Counted from the whole stretch's first letter, positions 50,455-63,599 are shown. The stretch is DNA of 63,998 nt, filler included, from Octopus bimaculoides (GCF_001194135.2; 6 parts of 4 records of this genome joined end to end with filler, not necessarily neighbours in it); one strand, 5' to 3'. The notes: a model not told the origin generated them from the sequence alone. Made by a program: numbers and translations.

Positions 50455-51308
50455 AAACAACAACAAAAAAAAAAGGAGAAAAAAAACTAACAAAACACAA
50501 CAAAAAAAAACACCTTCCCATAAAAGAAAGAGAAATGACTTTTCTCTTCCTCTTCTTTCTCCCCCCAATTTTTTTAAAGATTTTTTTTTTACATACATTT
50601 TTTTGTACTGCTACACCTTTGCCTACCCTAAACTCACTCTTTCCACACATACTCGCACACTTTGACCTCTGATACTATTCCACATTTACCATCCTACCAT
50701 TCTCTCTCTCTCTCTCTCTAACTATCTACCTAACGTGTGGATAGTAGTAGGAGGGTGAGATAAGTGATAGTGGTGGTGGTCGTGTTGATGGACATGTAGA
50801 GGACGAAGGTGGTTGTGGTGGTGGTTGTGGTGGTGGGTGGAGTTTGATTGGTCAAGGTGATGGACTTTGTGATACAGTGTGATGTGATGTGGTGGAGGTG
50901 GCATTCTGGAGCAGTGGTGGTGGTGGTGAGGTTCTGTGGTATGTCCACGCCCATCCCACCACACACATACACATGCCCATACAGATGCACACTCTCACAT
51001 GCATACACACATACAAAAAGAGGACATCTTGATAAACTGTTGGTTGTAAATAAAATATAATAATAATAAGAAACTGTGTATTGGTGGTGATGAAGATAGT
51101 TAGGGTGGTGGTTGGCAGGGGTGATGGTGATGGTGATGATGGTTAGGGTGGGGATAGGAGTGGTGGTGGTGGGGTTTACATTGATAATGATGAGATGTTT
51201 CATCATATATTTCAAAGTGAATATTTTAATAGAAGTAAATATTCTGTTTTGTGTTTGTAATTGTGTGTGTTGCATTTTTGTGTGCGCTTGTGTTTCTGAT
51301 TTTGGTGT

Positions 51309-51345
<37 letters not shown>

Positions 51346-53313
51346 ATGCTGTATACAAGTTTGTGAGAAGCACCAACACATACTGAGTTTGTGATTCTGT
51401 GTATGTATATCTGTGCATACATAGTTGTATTAGTGTATCTGTGTATGTGTCAGTTGTTTTCTATATCCCTTTTTCTCTCTTTCACATAACCCCCTACACA
51501 CACACACTGTATTTGTGGCCCTACACTCACCACCCTCCTTATTGATCTCTATTACCATCATCATCAGGGATGCATAATCTAGTAGAAACTGCAGCCTGTT
51601 ACCCTCATATCACACTCTACTGTTTTAGAAAAATAAAAAGAATGTAACCGTGAATACTCCTGAATAGACAGGATGATCACAGCTGGAATGTCTTATGATA
51701 AAAGATCTGCCCAATCTGGGCTGAACAACATCATCACAAACCTTTCAAAAGACTTTTGTTATATTTCTAATTTCTTAATTTAAAAAAAAAAATATTTTTG
51801 TTATTTTCTATTTTAAAAGTACCCTTCTATTCTGTCACTCTCCATCATCGATTTTGGTCACATGGCCTGCTTGAAGTAGTGGCCAGGTCACACTTAAATC
51901 ACACCACTGTGTTTCATGAAGAAAGATGCTTTGGACAATGAAGTCCCTGACATACACAAAAAAAAAAAAGATGGGATGGTCATGGTTAGAACTCCTTTGA
52001 TCACAGATCTGTTCAGTCTGGATCGACCGTGGACTGAGCAAGGATTATGACACAAGACTTTTGTTCAAACTGATCTTGATCTCCTCTTTCTCATCTTCAT
52101 CCACCTTTGTATCTGTTTTATTGTTGTTGTTGTTGTTTTAATCCTCCGCTTCTTCTGTAAGCTTTCTCATGTGGAGAAAGTTTCGAGTAAAAACTTAGAA
52201 AATAAATCAAGAGCTGAGGAGGAGGAGGATGTGGGTCTCAACCCATCTTCTGTGTGTGTGTAATCTGTTTAGTGTTAACTGTTGGAAAAAAAGGGTACTT
52301 AATTCTATAGTAGAGATCCTGTGCACCCATAGGTGACACTTGGGAGTAGCAAGAGAATGACTCAACAAAAATATAATATTTGATATATGTATATATATAT
52401 ACATATAAATGTGTGTGTCTATATATGTGTATGTATGTGTATATAATAAATATATATGCCTACATGTGTGTTCATGTGTGTGTAAATTTATATATAAATG
52501 TGAGTGTATGTAATAAAACATCCCTTTCTTCAGAAATGAGTAAGGGTTGGTGACGGGAAGAACATTTGGTTGTAAAAATCTTGCCTCTATCCAAATTCCA
52601 TGCTAGCATGGGAAAATGGATGATAAATGAACAAAAAGTGTGTGTGTGTGTATATATACACACACATATGCACAAACATACATAATGTATTCATATACAC
52701 ATACACTCATAAATATATTCATGTCCACACAGACATATATATGTGTGTGTGTGTGTTAGATGTTTGGTTGTACAAACTGAGGGAAAATGTACACCACACA
52801 CACACACAAAATATTTGTTTTTGTTGGGGACATTATTAAAACATTTTAAAGTAAATAAAAGAATTGAAATGAACTCATTTCCCAGTCAGCATCATTACTA
52901 CTACAACTACTACTACAACGACAACAACAACAATACAAAGTATGAAGAGATGAGGATCTAGAAAGAATGTGGATGTTTGATTTTTACCTCTTTGTAAATA
53001 AGTTGAATGTAATGTAATATGGTGATGGTGTGTGCTGGGACAGGTGTAAATTAAAGGTGAGTTAAAAGTTGTTTTTGGCTTTGTTGTTACCTGTTTGATC
53101 CAGGTTCAGTATTGTTCTTCATTTCCTAAGATTTTTCATCTCCCTCTCTCTGTCACACATTCAGTATTTTGTGTATGTCTTTCTATCATCTCCTTCTCTC
53201 TTCTCTATTTTCTTTATGTCTTTATTATCTCTTTCTCTTCTATTTTCTTCCTGTGTTTGTGTTATTGTCATTCCTATTTCCTTCTACAGTCTTCTATCTT
53301 TATTAATATCCTT

Positions 53314-53344
<31 letters not shown>

Positions 53345-54228
53345 GTACCACACTCTTCTCTCATCTTTTCTCTTCTTCAACTTCTTTTTTCCTATTCGTT
53401 TTTGTTCATTATTAACCTGGAATGTAAATGTAATTTTATTCTTTCTTAAACACTCACATCCAATTAGTACCAAAGCTGTCTTAACAGCATTATACACCTC
53501 TGATCCCTATACCATTTTTTATTGACAGCAAATTACAACATACACAGATTAGAATTGAGCTCCTAGACCCTGTGAGGTTCCTGGGTAACTGCCCAGTGTA
53601 CTCATGCCTTAAGATGGCACTGGTTACCTCTGTGACCTGGTGTCACTGAAATTGGTATCAAAGATTATTTCAAAGAGGCAGTAAAAATTAAACCGCGGAG
53701 TCCCTAGTGGGAATTATTATTACAGTTAGATAAGCCTTAGATCATGGCCAGGTGAGAAGTTTAAATTTAAGAGTAATGAAGAAGGTGCACAATATATAAG
53801 TTTAGCCACTTGTGGGCAATAAAGAAATAAATTTGACTGAATATGAGCAAGTTGAGGAAGCGACTAGTTATAATACCTACTGAGTGGAGTATATGGTGCA
53901 AAGTAATAATGGTGTCAAATTTTGAGACAGGACCAGCAGTTTTTGAAGGGATAAGGTAGTTACATTGGCCCTGAAAGGATGAAAGGCAAAGTTGACCTCA
54001 GTGGAATTTTAACTTCGGGTGTAAGGTAATAATCCTTTCTATTATAGGCACAAGGTATGAAATTTTAAGAGAGGGGGTCAGTTGATTGCATCAACCCCAG
54101 TGCTTAACTGGTACTTATTTCATCGCCCCTGAAAGGATGAAGGGCAAAGTTGACCCTGGTGGAATTTGAACTCAGAACGTAAAGCCAGAAGAGGAGTAAG
54201 GTAATAATAAAATGTGGTTGCAATAGAT

Positions 54229-54487
54229 CAGTGGTTTTCAACTGGAGTGCATATGGCCCTTAAGGGTCCATATAAAATTTTGTTGTTAAAATTTATCATC
54301 AATAAATTGGTTATACTTCCACAATACACCAAATATTCAACTTTTTTTATACAATTCCTAATAATATTTAATTATAAAAATACAGTGAGATTTTTTTTTT
54401 TATATACATTGAATGGTTATGAAGGTCTAGGAGAGTAAAATAGGAATGAAAGGGATCTATAGGCGAAAAGATGGTTGAGAATCACTG
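54229..54487. mobile_element. hAT/Charlie-type MITE
   Basis: TIRs CAGTGGTTTTCAAC / GTTGAGAATCACTG; 8-bp TSD-like CAATAGAT / CAACAGAG (6/8 match). Confidence 0.75.
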
Positions 54488-54877
54488 CAACAGAGGAAGA
54501 TAGGGAAACAAGGGGTGAGATTAAATTTGAGAATATTCTTTTCTGCTCTAGGCACAAGGCCCAAAATTTTGAGGGAGGCGGGCGGACAGTCAATTAGGTT
54601 GACTCCAGTATGCAACTGGTGCTTGATTTATCAACCCCAAAATGATGAAAAACAAAGTCAACCTCAGCAGAATTTGAACTCAGAATGTAAAGACACATGA
54701 AATACTGCTAAGTATTTCACCTGGCGTGCTAATGTTTCTCCCAGCCTGCCAGCTTCAAATTTGAGAATATTAAACAAGATTGATGAAATGACACAAACTT
54801 AAGTTGGAGCTGAATCACGATGTTTAAAGAAGCAGTCGGTAACTTTATAAAGCCTTGTGTTAATAACTCTTGACACT

Positions 54878-55105
54878 TTAACCTTTTAGCATTCAAATTA
54901 CTCTGTCTAATGTAATGCTTTTTTATTCACATTGTTTTGAATTAATCATGCATTATCTTGTAACTTTGAGATTTTGATGATGTCAATGTTTACATTTAAT
55001 ATGACATTGTAGGGTAGGTGTAAAAGGCTGGATCTTGACAGTTTGAACATAAAACATGTAAAATATTTGGGCCAGATATGGCCGGTTTAAATGCTGAAGG
55101 GTTAA
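54878..55105 (+). mobile_element. TTAA-flanked MITE
   Basis: TTAA at both ends (54878-54881, 55102-55105), TIR CCTTTTAGCATT / AATGCTGAAGGG. Confidence 0.8.
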
Positions 55106-55377
55106 ATATTGTAGTTTTAAGGGAAGAAAACAATAAAATTGAAAGCTTGGTCAGAACTAAGGATTCTTTGTTTGAACAGCAATATTGCATGCTAACAATT
55201 ATATCTGCTGGTTCTTGCAGAAATATTAGTTTCAAATTTTGGCACAAGGCCAGCAATGTCTGTGTGTGTGGGGAGACATTTACATTGATCCCAGTACTCG
55301 AGCCTGAAAGGATGAAAGTTAAAACCAACCATAAGAAATAAGATGGAATAACATAACGTTAAGAAATTTTAACTGTA

Positions 55378-55750
55378 TATGGACTTGTGGTAAGTAGCTT
55401 GCTTACGAACCACATGGTTCTAGGTTCAGTCCCACTGCGTGGAACCTTGGGCAAGTGTCTTCTACTATAGCCTCCGGCCGACCGATGCTTTGTGAGTGGA
55501 TTTGGTAGATGGAAACTGAAAAGAAGCCCGTCGTATATATGTATATATATATGTGTGTGTGTGTGCATATGTTTGTGTGTCTGTTTGTTCCCCCAACATC
55601 GCTTGACAACTGATGCTGGTGTTTTTATTCGGCAAAAGAGACTGATAGAATAAGTACTAGGCTTACAATGAATAAGTCCTGGGGTCGATGTGTTCGACTA
55701 AAGGCGGTGCTCCAGCATGGCAACAGTCAAATGACTGAAACAAGTAAAAG
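55378..55750 (+). mobile_element. Full-length SINE family B
   Basis: tRNA-like head with GGTTCAGTCCC B-box, CORE-like CCTTGGGCAAGTG, internal microsatellite, 3' half. Confidence 0.85.
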
Positions 55751-55864
55751 AGATAGGTATGAGGACATGCACTTAAATAAAGAAAACACGCGAAAAAAAG
55801 AAAACAATATGAATCACAGCCTTCGACTTTTTCTACCCAAAGTATTTTTTAACCTAATATTTAC

Positions 55865-56455
55865 ACTTGCTTCCCAAGTACAAGGTTCTGGGTTCAGTCC
55901 TACTGTGTGGCACCTTGGACAACTGTCTTCTACTATAGCCTCGGGATGACCAAAGCATTGTGAGTGGATTTGGTAGACAGAACCTGAAATTTGCATATGT
56001 ATACGAATGGGTGCTGAAAAGTTACTGGCTTTGGATAAAATAAAATGGGAAATATGCTGAATAAAATCATAATTATGATTTTCTCCAACATATTTCCCTC
56101 CCAGATTCACACACATATTGCAGTGGTTCTTCACTTTTTCTAAGCCCTGTAAAAGAACTTGGAAGGTTGGGCTTCCAACCAGGCCTTTCGTGATACCCTT
56201 AAAGACAGGAACTTTTCAGTACTCCCTCGTATATATTTGTGTGTGTGTGTATTTGTCCCCCACCACCGCTTGACAACTGGTATTGGTGTGTTTACGTACC
56301 CGTAACTTAGCGGTTCAGCAAAAATGGCTCATAGATAAGTACCAGGCTTTACAAAAATACATAAATAAAACTTGGGGTAGATAAGTTCGGCTAAAATTCT
56401 TCAAGGAGGTGTCCCAGCATGGCCGCAGACTAAAACGAGTAAAAGATAAAAGATG
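55865..56455 (+). mobile_element. SINE family B interrupted by a mariner MITE
   Basis: 5' half 55865-55990 and 3' half 56230-56455. Confidence 0.75.
56004..56229. mobile_element. Tc1/mariner-type MITE
   Basis: About 29-bp imperfect TIRs (CGAATGGGTGCTGAAAAGTTACTGGCTTT / AAAGACAGGAACTTTTCAGTACTCCCTCG) flanked by TA on both sides. Confidence 0.8.
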
Positions 56456-57419
56456 CGTTGCAAATGCATGTCACCGTCATAGAGACAGTGTCATTTGTTT
56501 CCACGTCCGGTCATGGGGAAATATTACCTTGCTTGGAAACAGTTGATAGTAAGTGATATGACGGAGATCCCACCATAAAATTCTACCTCAACGAAATCCG
56601 TCCGATCTATGAAAGCATGGAAAAAGTGGACATTAAAATGGTGATTATATATCGGAAAGACGACAATTTTGGAATGAAGACCATTCATTATATAAGGGAG
56701 GTTACTCGTTAACAAAAAAAGTCTCTGGTAATTTTTTCCCTTTGATTATAACTTTGCTGTCTATCACAACTATCATATTAGTTCCCAAGAATTTATATCC
56801 GAGTATGTTTGTCTTTAGTTGTTATTGTTTAGCCCCAAGTCAGTTCTGAGAGAATAGATCTATGATCAAAGATGTTCCAACCGTAATCAAACCATTATTT
56901 ATTTTATTCATATATTTAAAAAAAAATATCTGTGACTACCTTATCCGGTGCATCCGTCCTATTTTTCTTATGACAGAAGAGTACGACGAAGGGATACTTG
57001 ACTAATAGTTTTAACAGATCGAGCTACCATTAACTCTGATCGAGTAGATACACGATCAAAAGCATTCTAGCTACGATCATCCCGTCTTGTTTATGCGAGG
57101 CGAACCTACCGTACTTTTTCTAAGATTTGAAGGAGATTTGACTATTGTTTCTAGCAGGTCGAGCAACCACACACGTTCCTGCGTTAGATTACGTTATATG
57201 GTTTGTAAGATAGCTGAAGGAAAGCATTCGTCGCCATCGTCGTTGTCATCATCATCATCTCCACTATCACAGTTACAACTATCATCATTACGAAGCGAGT
57301 GACCCTTCTACACGGTCGCTCGATCTGTTAGAAATATCTGCCAAATCTTCCCTGAAATCACATCTTAGCGCTTTTAAAAGGCAAAAGACACATTAAATAA
57401 TATATTCTTAGATACTTTC

Positions 57420-58140
57420 AAGTTAGTCTTTATAATGACTTTGAGCTCAAGGGTTAAGGGTATTAAGTCCTTCCTGACCCTCTCGGGTGTGCGGTTGTTC
57501 ACCTCAATAAAGTCAGGGCATCGTTCCTATTTAGGCTAAACCTAGTTGAAGGGAATTTCTTACGAAATATATCTAAAATGAAAGCTCACATACATCAGTA
57601 CTGTCGAATACTTTCAGGCCAGTCTATTTGAGCAAGGTCCGAAACCTTGTCGAACTGTAGAGATTTTTGATGTGCATGATGATGTCTGTATTCCTATCGC
57701 TAATTTCAGTGTAGCTCCTGGCGAAGTCGAGTGCCTTACAACAGAAATCCCTTTTACATAGATGGATAAATATCTGCAATATCGAACTACGTAAGCTTTT
57801 TTTCTGACTCTACCGATGTTACTTTAAAGCACGGGATGATCTCATTAATGCTATGCCAAAGAGACGGTTCAGAGACTCTGCTTATATCGTTGTTAATCTT
57901 CATAAGCAGGTGTTTGCTTATCAACCTCATCTCCAACATTCCCTAGTTAATTAACCGATATTTGAGGATGGAGGGAAAATTTGGTTCGTGGTCTTCAATT
58001 GTTATAAAAGCAACTTTCTTCGCCATAGCTTCTACTCCATTTTGATTGCCTAATCTAACAGCTATTTCTTTAGTTTTATGATAAATGTTATCATAAGTCT
58101 TCAGTAATAAAGAGCCCTGGTTATAGTTTCCCATTCATCT
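57420..58140 (-). mobile_element. Penelope-like element reverse transcriptase fragment
   Basis: KVAFITIEDHEPNFPSILKYRLIN (KDHK.NF..RLINP motif), KALDFA..IIMHIKNL, VFD..; many stops. Confidence 0.7.
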
Positions 58141-58240
58141 ACGTCCGCTGATTGTTAATTTACTTCCCCACAGTTGGAAGGTTCACCAGCATTAAACAGT
58201 TCGGTAACATAAATAAATTAACTGATATGAATCTAAATTG

Positions 58241-58276
<36 letters not shown>

Positions 58277-58386
58277 TAAAGTCTATTTGCCAACGCAAAG
58301 TGCAGTCCTAAGTAGGACGATGTTACTACGTTTTAGCCCCAGGAAAACATCTTTTCTAGCTGGCTACAGACACATGATCTGTGTCA

Positions 58387-58442
58387 GTATACTGTGAGCA
58401 AGGGAGTCTACGGAGCAGTAGGCTCCCTTGCTCAGAGTATAC
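58387..58442. repeat. 25-bp stem / 6-nt loop hairpin at a gap edge
   Basis: GTATACTGTGAGCAAGGGAGTCTAC-GGAGCA-GTAGGCTCCCTTGCTCAGAGTATAC. Confidence 0.85.
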
Positions 58443-59064
58443 NNNNNNNNNNNNNNNNNNNNNNNNNNNNNNNNNNNNNNNNNNNNNNNNNNNNNNNNNN
58501 NNNNNNNNNNNNNNNNNNNNNNNNNNNNNNNNNNNNNNNNNNNNNNNNNNNNNNNNNNNNNNNNNNNNNNNNNNNNNNNNNNNNNNNNNNNNNNNNNNNN
58601 NNNNNNNNNNNNNNNNNNNNNNNNNNNNNNNNNNNNNNNNNNNNNNNNNNNNNNNNNNNNNNNNNNNNNNNNNNNNNNNNNNNNNNNNNNNNNNNNNNNN
58701 NNNNNNNNNNNNNNNNNNNNNNNNNNNNNNNNNNNNNNNNNNNNNNNNNNNNNNNNNNNNNNNNNNNNNNNNNNNNNNNNNNNNNNNNNNNNNNNNNNNN
58801 NNNNNNNNNNNNNNNNNNNNNNNNNNNNNNNNNNNNNNNNNNNNNNNNNNNNNNNNNNNNNNNNNNNNNNNNNNNNNNNNNNNNNNNNNNNNNNNNNNNN
58901 NNNNNNNNNNNNNNNNNNNNNNNNNNNNNNNNNNNNNNNNNNNNNNNNNNNNNNNNNNNNNNNNNNNNNNNNNNNNNNNNNNNNNNNNNNNNNNNNNNNN
59001 NNNNNNNNNNNNNNNNNNNNNNNNNNNNNNNNNNNNNNNNNNTATATATATATATATAAATAGG

Positions 59065-59200
59065 GAGAATTCACAAAACAAAACAAAAGACGAAGACAGG
59101 TAGTGTAGACAACAAACAGATGTATTAGTATAACCCCCGGGAAGTGAAAAAATCTTTAACGTTTCGAGCTTACGCTCTTCCACAGAATAAAACAAGTAGA
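59065..59200 (-). mobile_element. Penelope-type terminal repeat with hammerhead-like motif
   Basis: Homology to 11040-11150. Confidence 0.55.
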
Positions 59201-59224
59201 GAAAAAATGGGGGGGGGGGTGTCT

Positions 59225-59480
59225 AGCGATCTATCATGGCGCGACTGGCCCCCTCCCAGAAAATTTCGGGCCTGGTGCCCTAGAGTAAAAAATAACACAT
59301 TGGTCAACTCAAATGCGGCGACCTGGCAGAATCGTTAACACGCTGAACAAAGGGCTTAGTGACATTTCGTCCGTCTGTACGTTCTGAGTTGAAATTCCGT
59401 CGAGATTGACTTGTCTTTCACCTATTCGGGGTCGATAAAATAAGTAACATCTAAGTGCCGGGGTCGATGTAATCGACTTG
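59225..59480 (+). mobile_element. SINE family A copy preceded by a 3' tail fragment
   Basis: Homology to 3794-4008. Confidence 0.75.
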
Positions 59481-59994
59481 TATTTACTTGTATATCGAAG
59501 CATTACTCTATTTTCTAAAGGTCTTCAAGGAACAGCAGGTCGAGTTTATGCAAAAACTGCGCATTTGCCATATATTAAACACATTCCGTGCAAATGCTAC
59601 AATGTATATGACAATCATTATTATTCATATTCACAGCAAAAGTCTCTGAAGTTTTAGAAACGAGGAGGCATTAACATATATTGGCCTGCTGAATTTTCAA
59701 TCTGTAATTCCAAATCATTTGTATATGTGTGTGTGTACGTGCTTATAGATGGGTGGATGGATGGGTGGACGGATGGATATGCACTCCCCCCACACACACA
59801 TAAGTGTCTTGACACATAAACGCATTTCGAAAAATTTTACCCTCTCTTTTAAGGTTACAGAACCAAACCCTTTGTCTTTCGTTTTGATAATGGCAAAGTC
59901 CGTTGCAGTTTACTGTATCCAAATTCTTAGATACCAGCATAAAACCCTGATTCAGAAAATCAAACTGGCATTAAAGGGTCCATACTGCATGCAT

Positions 59995-60345
59995 TACTTC
60001 CCAACCACATGGTTCCATCATAAGTCCCACTACGTGGCACTTTGGGCAAGTGTCTTCTGCAATAGCCTCGGGCCGACTAAAGCCTTATGAGTGGATTTGG
60101 TAGACGGAAACTGAAAGAAGTCCGTCATATGAGAAGTCCATCATGTGTGTGTGTGTGTGTGTGTGTGTGTTTGTCCTCCAAACACACACAGCTTGACAAC
60201 CGGTGTTAGTTTGTTTACGTCCTTGTAACATGGCGGTTCGGCAAAAAGTGACCGATAGACTAAGTATCAAGCTTTAGAATATAAGTATGGAGTTTATTTG
60301 TTTGACAAAACTCTTCATGTCGGTACATCAGCATGGGCCACAGTC
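59995..60345 (+). mobile_element. SINE family B
   Basis: Homology to 55378-55750. Confidence 0.8.
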
Positions 60346-60346
60346 T

Positions 60347-60869
60347 AAGAGTGGTACAACAAGGCACCAATATTTACTGGAAAATAGCAATCGATATAAT
60401 TACGACGCTATTGTATAGGTTCACTGCGTATATACTGACAAAAATGCGTGTGTTTACGTTGTGAAACGTATTTGAAGAGTCTGAAACCGGTCCTGCATTA
60501 TCCTTAATCTGGGTTGTCCATTTATCGAATGTTCTTCCTACAGGTAAGACAAATTTTTCATGTTGCACACACGCATTTTTGCCAGTATATACGCAGTGAA
60601 GCTATACAATAGCGTCGTAATTATATCGATTGCTATTTTCCAGTAAATATTGGTGCCTTGTTGTACCACTCTTCTGAATTTATATATATATACCCTTATA
60701 GGGCTTTATTTTGCTGGAAATTAATACATATGTATATATATATAAATTCAGAAGAGTGGTACAACAAGGCACCAATATTTACTGGAAAATAGCAATCGAT
60801 ATAATTACGACGCTATTGTATAGGTTCACTGCGTATATACTGACAAAAATGCGTGTGTTTACGTTGTGA
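60347..60869. repeat. Foldback element: 107-bp inverted arms (60347-60453 / 60567-60673) plus a third arm (60752-60869)
   Basis: Arms differ at 2 of 107 positions; 60752-60869 repeats 60347-60464. Confidence 0.9.
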
Positions 60870-60969
60870 NNNNNNNNNNNNNNNNNNNNNNNNNNNNNNN
60901 NNNNNNNNNNNNNTTAATTAATTAANNNNNNNNNNNNNNNNNNNNNNNNNNNNNNNNNNNNNNNNNNNN

Positions 60970-61375
60970 TAGGTATTTGTAGCTCTCCGCTGGTTCTAAC
61001 TCTTTTATGACATTTTGCTGGTCAAGGTTCATATTAGATGTTTTTTTCATTTTTCCTTTGATAAAGGTAGCTTTTGCACATTTATCAAGGCCAAATTGCA
61101 TCCTGATGTCATCACTGAATTGTTTAACAATCGCTAGTAGGCCTTTGAGTTGTTGGTCATTTTTTGCAAAGAGCTTTAAATCATCCATGTAAATGAGATG
61201 ATTTATATTTTTATCAAATATTTTATAACCATACTGTGCATCATTGAGCAATTTTGAGAGCGGTATTAGGGCTAGACAGAAGAGGAGTGGTGATAGTGAG
61301 TCACCCTGGAAAATGCCACATGAAATTCTTACATCTCCAGCATTTAGAAATTCATCGTCATTGTTCAACAATTAT
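60970..61375 (-). mobile_element. R4/Dong-type LINE RT fragment, 5'-truncated, abutting (TAA)n
   Basis: [51 protein letters not shown]; open frame. Confidence 0.9.
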
Positions 61376-63099
61376 TATTGTTATGATTATTATTATCATT
61401 ATTATTATTATTATTAGTAGTAGTAGTAGTATTATTATTATTATTAATATTATCATTACATTTATACACGAAAAAGCGCTGCATAAGATACCTACGTTCG
61501 ACTACAACAAAGCAACAGCTAGTACAACAGTAAGCATTTTCATCCTTCGTGTAACAAGAATCTGACGTCCAATAACAGAAATGTAATCACTGGCAAACAC
61601 TCCTTCAAACAAGAAAAGCATACATTTGGCGTCTATTGCCAAAAACATTCAAGCTGAGCATCATTTTGTTCTCAAGACAACCGCCAATTTACCATAATCT
61701 GCCGTAATGCACAGGAAATATAGACGGTAATATTCCTTTGTTTTGTCAGAGGATTGTTTTGGAGACATTTCTTGCAGACATGTTAAGTAAAACTTCCTTT
61801 ACTGGGAGTGAGAAGCCATATGTTAACATGCGTGTCATCCTTAAAACAAAGGACAAAGTGAGTGCCCAGAACCTAATCATAATATTTGATAGGAAAAACA
61901 AAAATATCATCGCCAGCGACAGTGTTAACAATATTGGCCTCTGGCTCACCGTCGGCAGGAACTCCAGAAGTATGTAGTCGTGAGAAAAGTCAGCGTGTAA
62001 CTTTAAGAGACTAAACGTTAAATTCCGTTTCCAGAGCAGAAAGCACTAGTAGTACACACGTGGTAACAAATTGCACCATATGAATTTATTCCAGGGAAAC
62101 ACAAAAGAGCAAACAAGAACAGATAGATAAGGGGGTTATTAAACCTAAAGAATCAGCAGATACAACTCTAGAATCATGAAAACGTTGCTTTGTCTCTTGT
62201 AATCGTAAGTCATCCAACAAAACTAAGATCTCTCCAACCCAACCAAAATAAAACAAAGTGAGAGCAAAACTGGGCAAACTGAATTAAAAAGGTTGCCTTC
62301 TTAGAGTAGTGTCGTCATACAGAACAGGACGAAAGCCACAATGCATTGTCAGTGTTTTTCGAAACAATAAAAATATATTCAAAGAAACTTCGAATCAGTA
62401 AAGAGCGAAAATCTGGGTACATAAAAAAAGGCGATCTCTCTTAAAGAAGTCGAATGATTTGGAGAAGAGCACAATTTTAGGAAGGCAGAATGCACCATCC
62501 TTGAATGAAATGAAAGGAACATCCCTTCAAATCAAATGAAATGTACGTCCACAAAAAGTGTTAATATGAAGCTTACAGTTAATACGGCAGCATATGTTGA
62601 GGTATGGTTCGGGAAGGAGCCTAAAAATGACAGAATATTGTACAAACTTTCGATGAGTACTGCAAGGAGTTCTTTTCCAGTTATTACCTGGACTTCACTT
62701 GCCCACATTAAACGAAAGAGGTCTTCACGGACGATCTTGTAATCTTCAGTTATGGACAATACAGCAAGGTAGTAGAAAGAGTACCCTGTTTCATATTGAA
62801 TTCATAGCTATATGTTGGTAGTTGCAGAGATTTTAAAACTGGATCCTGCTACAATTAGTAGCTTTTCTTTATCTTATTAATCCTGTACATTTACTTTATT
62901 GCGTTTGCAATTTTTAATCTATTCACAATTTAATCGTACAATTTCTTCACCACTCGCTTCGAAATTTCTTTTCTTTCAAAGACCTCTATTTTCTTCTCAA
63001 ATCAATCCTTTCAAATCTATCTTATTTTAGTCTTTCCAAACTTCAGATATTTTTCTCTGCTTTCTCTTACATAAGCATATTTTCATATGTCAGTTTTTT

Positions 63100-63430
63100 T
63101 TTTCTTTTTATAAATTTTTACGGTCACAACAAAATACAGGTCGGCTTGAAGATCTCTTAGTCAATACGGTATTTGTTAAGATTCTGAGTAAAAAATTTAC
63201 TAAGTGGGTCACATTCTCTGCCTCCTCGCCGTAAATATGTATTGGACAGAACATCCCATAAGAGAAAATGAATTTTTAATCGAGTTTCAAATAGCTGTCT
63301 GATCTGACGTAGCTAGGAGAAATCTTTCTGTTTTTCTCTTCAAATTTGCATTACACAACCAACTCCACGACAAGCATGAATTATGCTCCTTTGTCTCTGT
63401 CAAATTCTCCGTGAAACATCCTATTTTTTC
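63100..63430 (-). mobile_element. Older R4/Dong-type fragment (post-RT region)
   Basis: MFHGEF..SWSWLCNANLKRKTERFLLATSDQ..GEEAENVTHLV. Confidence 0.6.
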
Positions 63431-63599
63431 ACATTGCTGTTTTTGTAATTCTCTCCTATATTTCCCTTTTTTTTTTGTTCTTATTCATGGTATTACTATC
63501 GAGGTGTTCAACAGATTGTATATAGTAGAGAAAAAACAATCCGTAGATTTTACAGGATACAAATCAAATATACTTCATGTTGTGTATATTCAAAAGATT

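Larger units (their letters stand above)
53915..55330 (-). mobile_element. Cluster of partial minus-strand SINE family A copies (about 53915-54190, 54540-54745, 55225-55330), interleaved with MITEs
   Basis: Reverse complement of the family A central domain (CCCTGAAAGGATGAAAGGCAAAGTTGACCTC). A similar fragment lies at about 32385-32547. Confidence 0.7.

Noticed and set aside
50722-51422. His/Thr-rich and Val/Gly-rich ORFs downstream of DNAJC3
   Set aside because: (GGT)n/(GT)n low-complexity sequence, probably 3'UTR.
61746-62759. Hydrophobic minus-strand ORFs with a GPCR-like feel (e.g. LVGLERS, LAMIFLFFL)
   Set aside because: Many stops, no ordered 7TM motif set; hydrophobicity is expected from the antisense of A-rich DNA.
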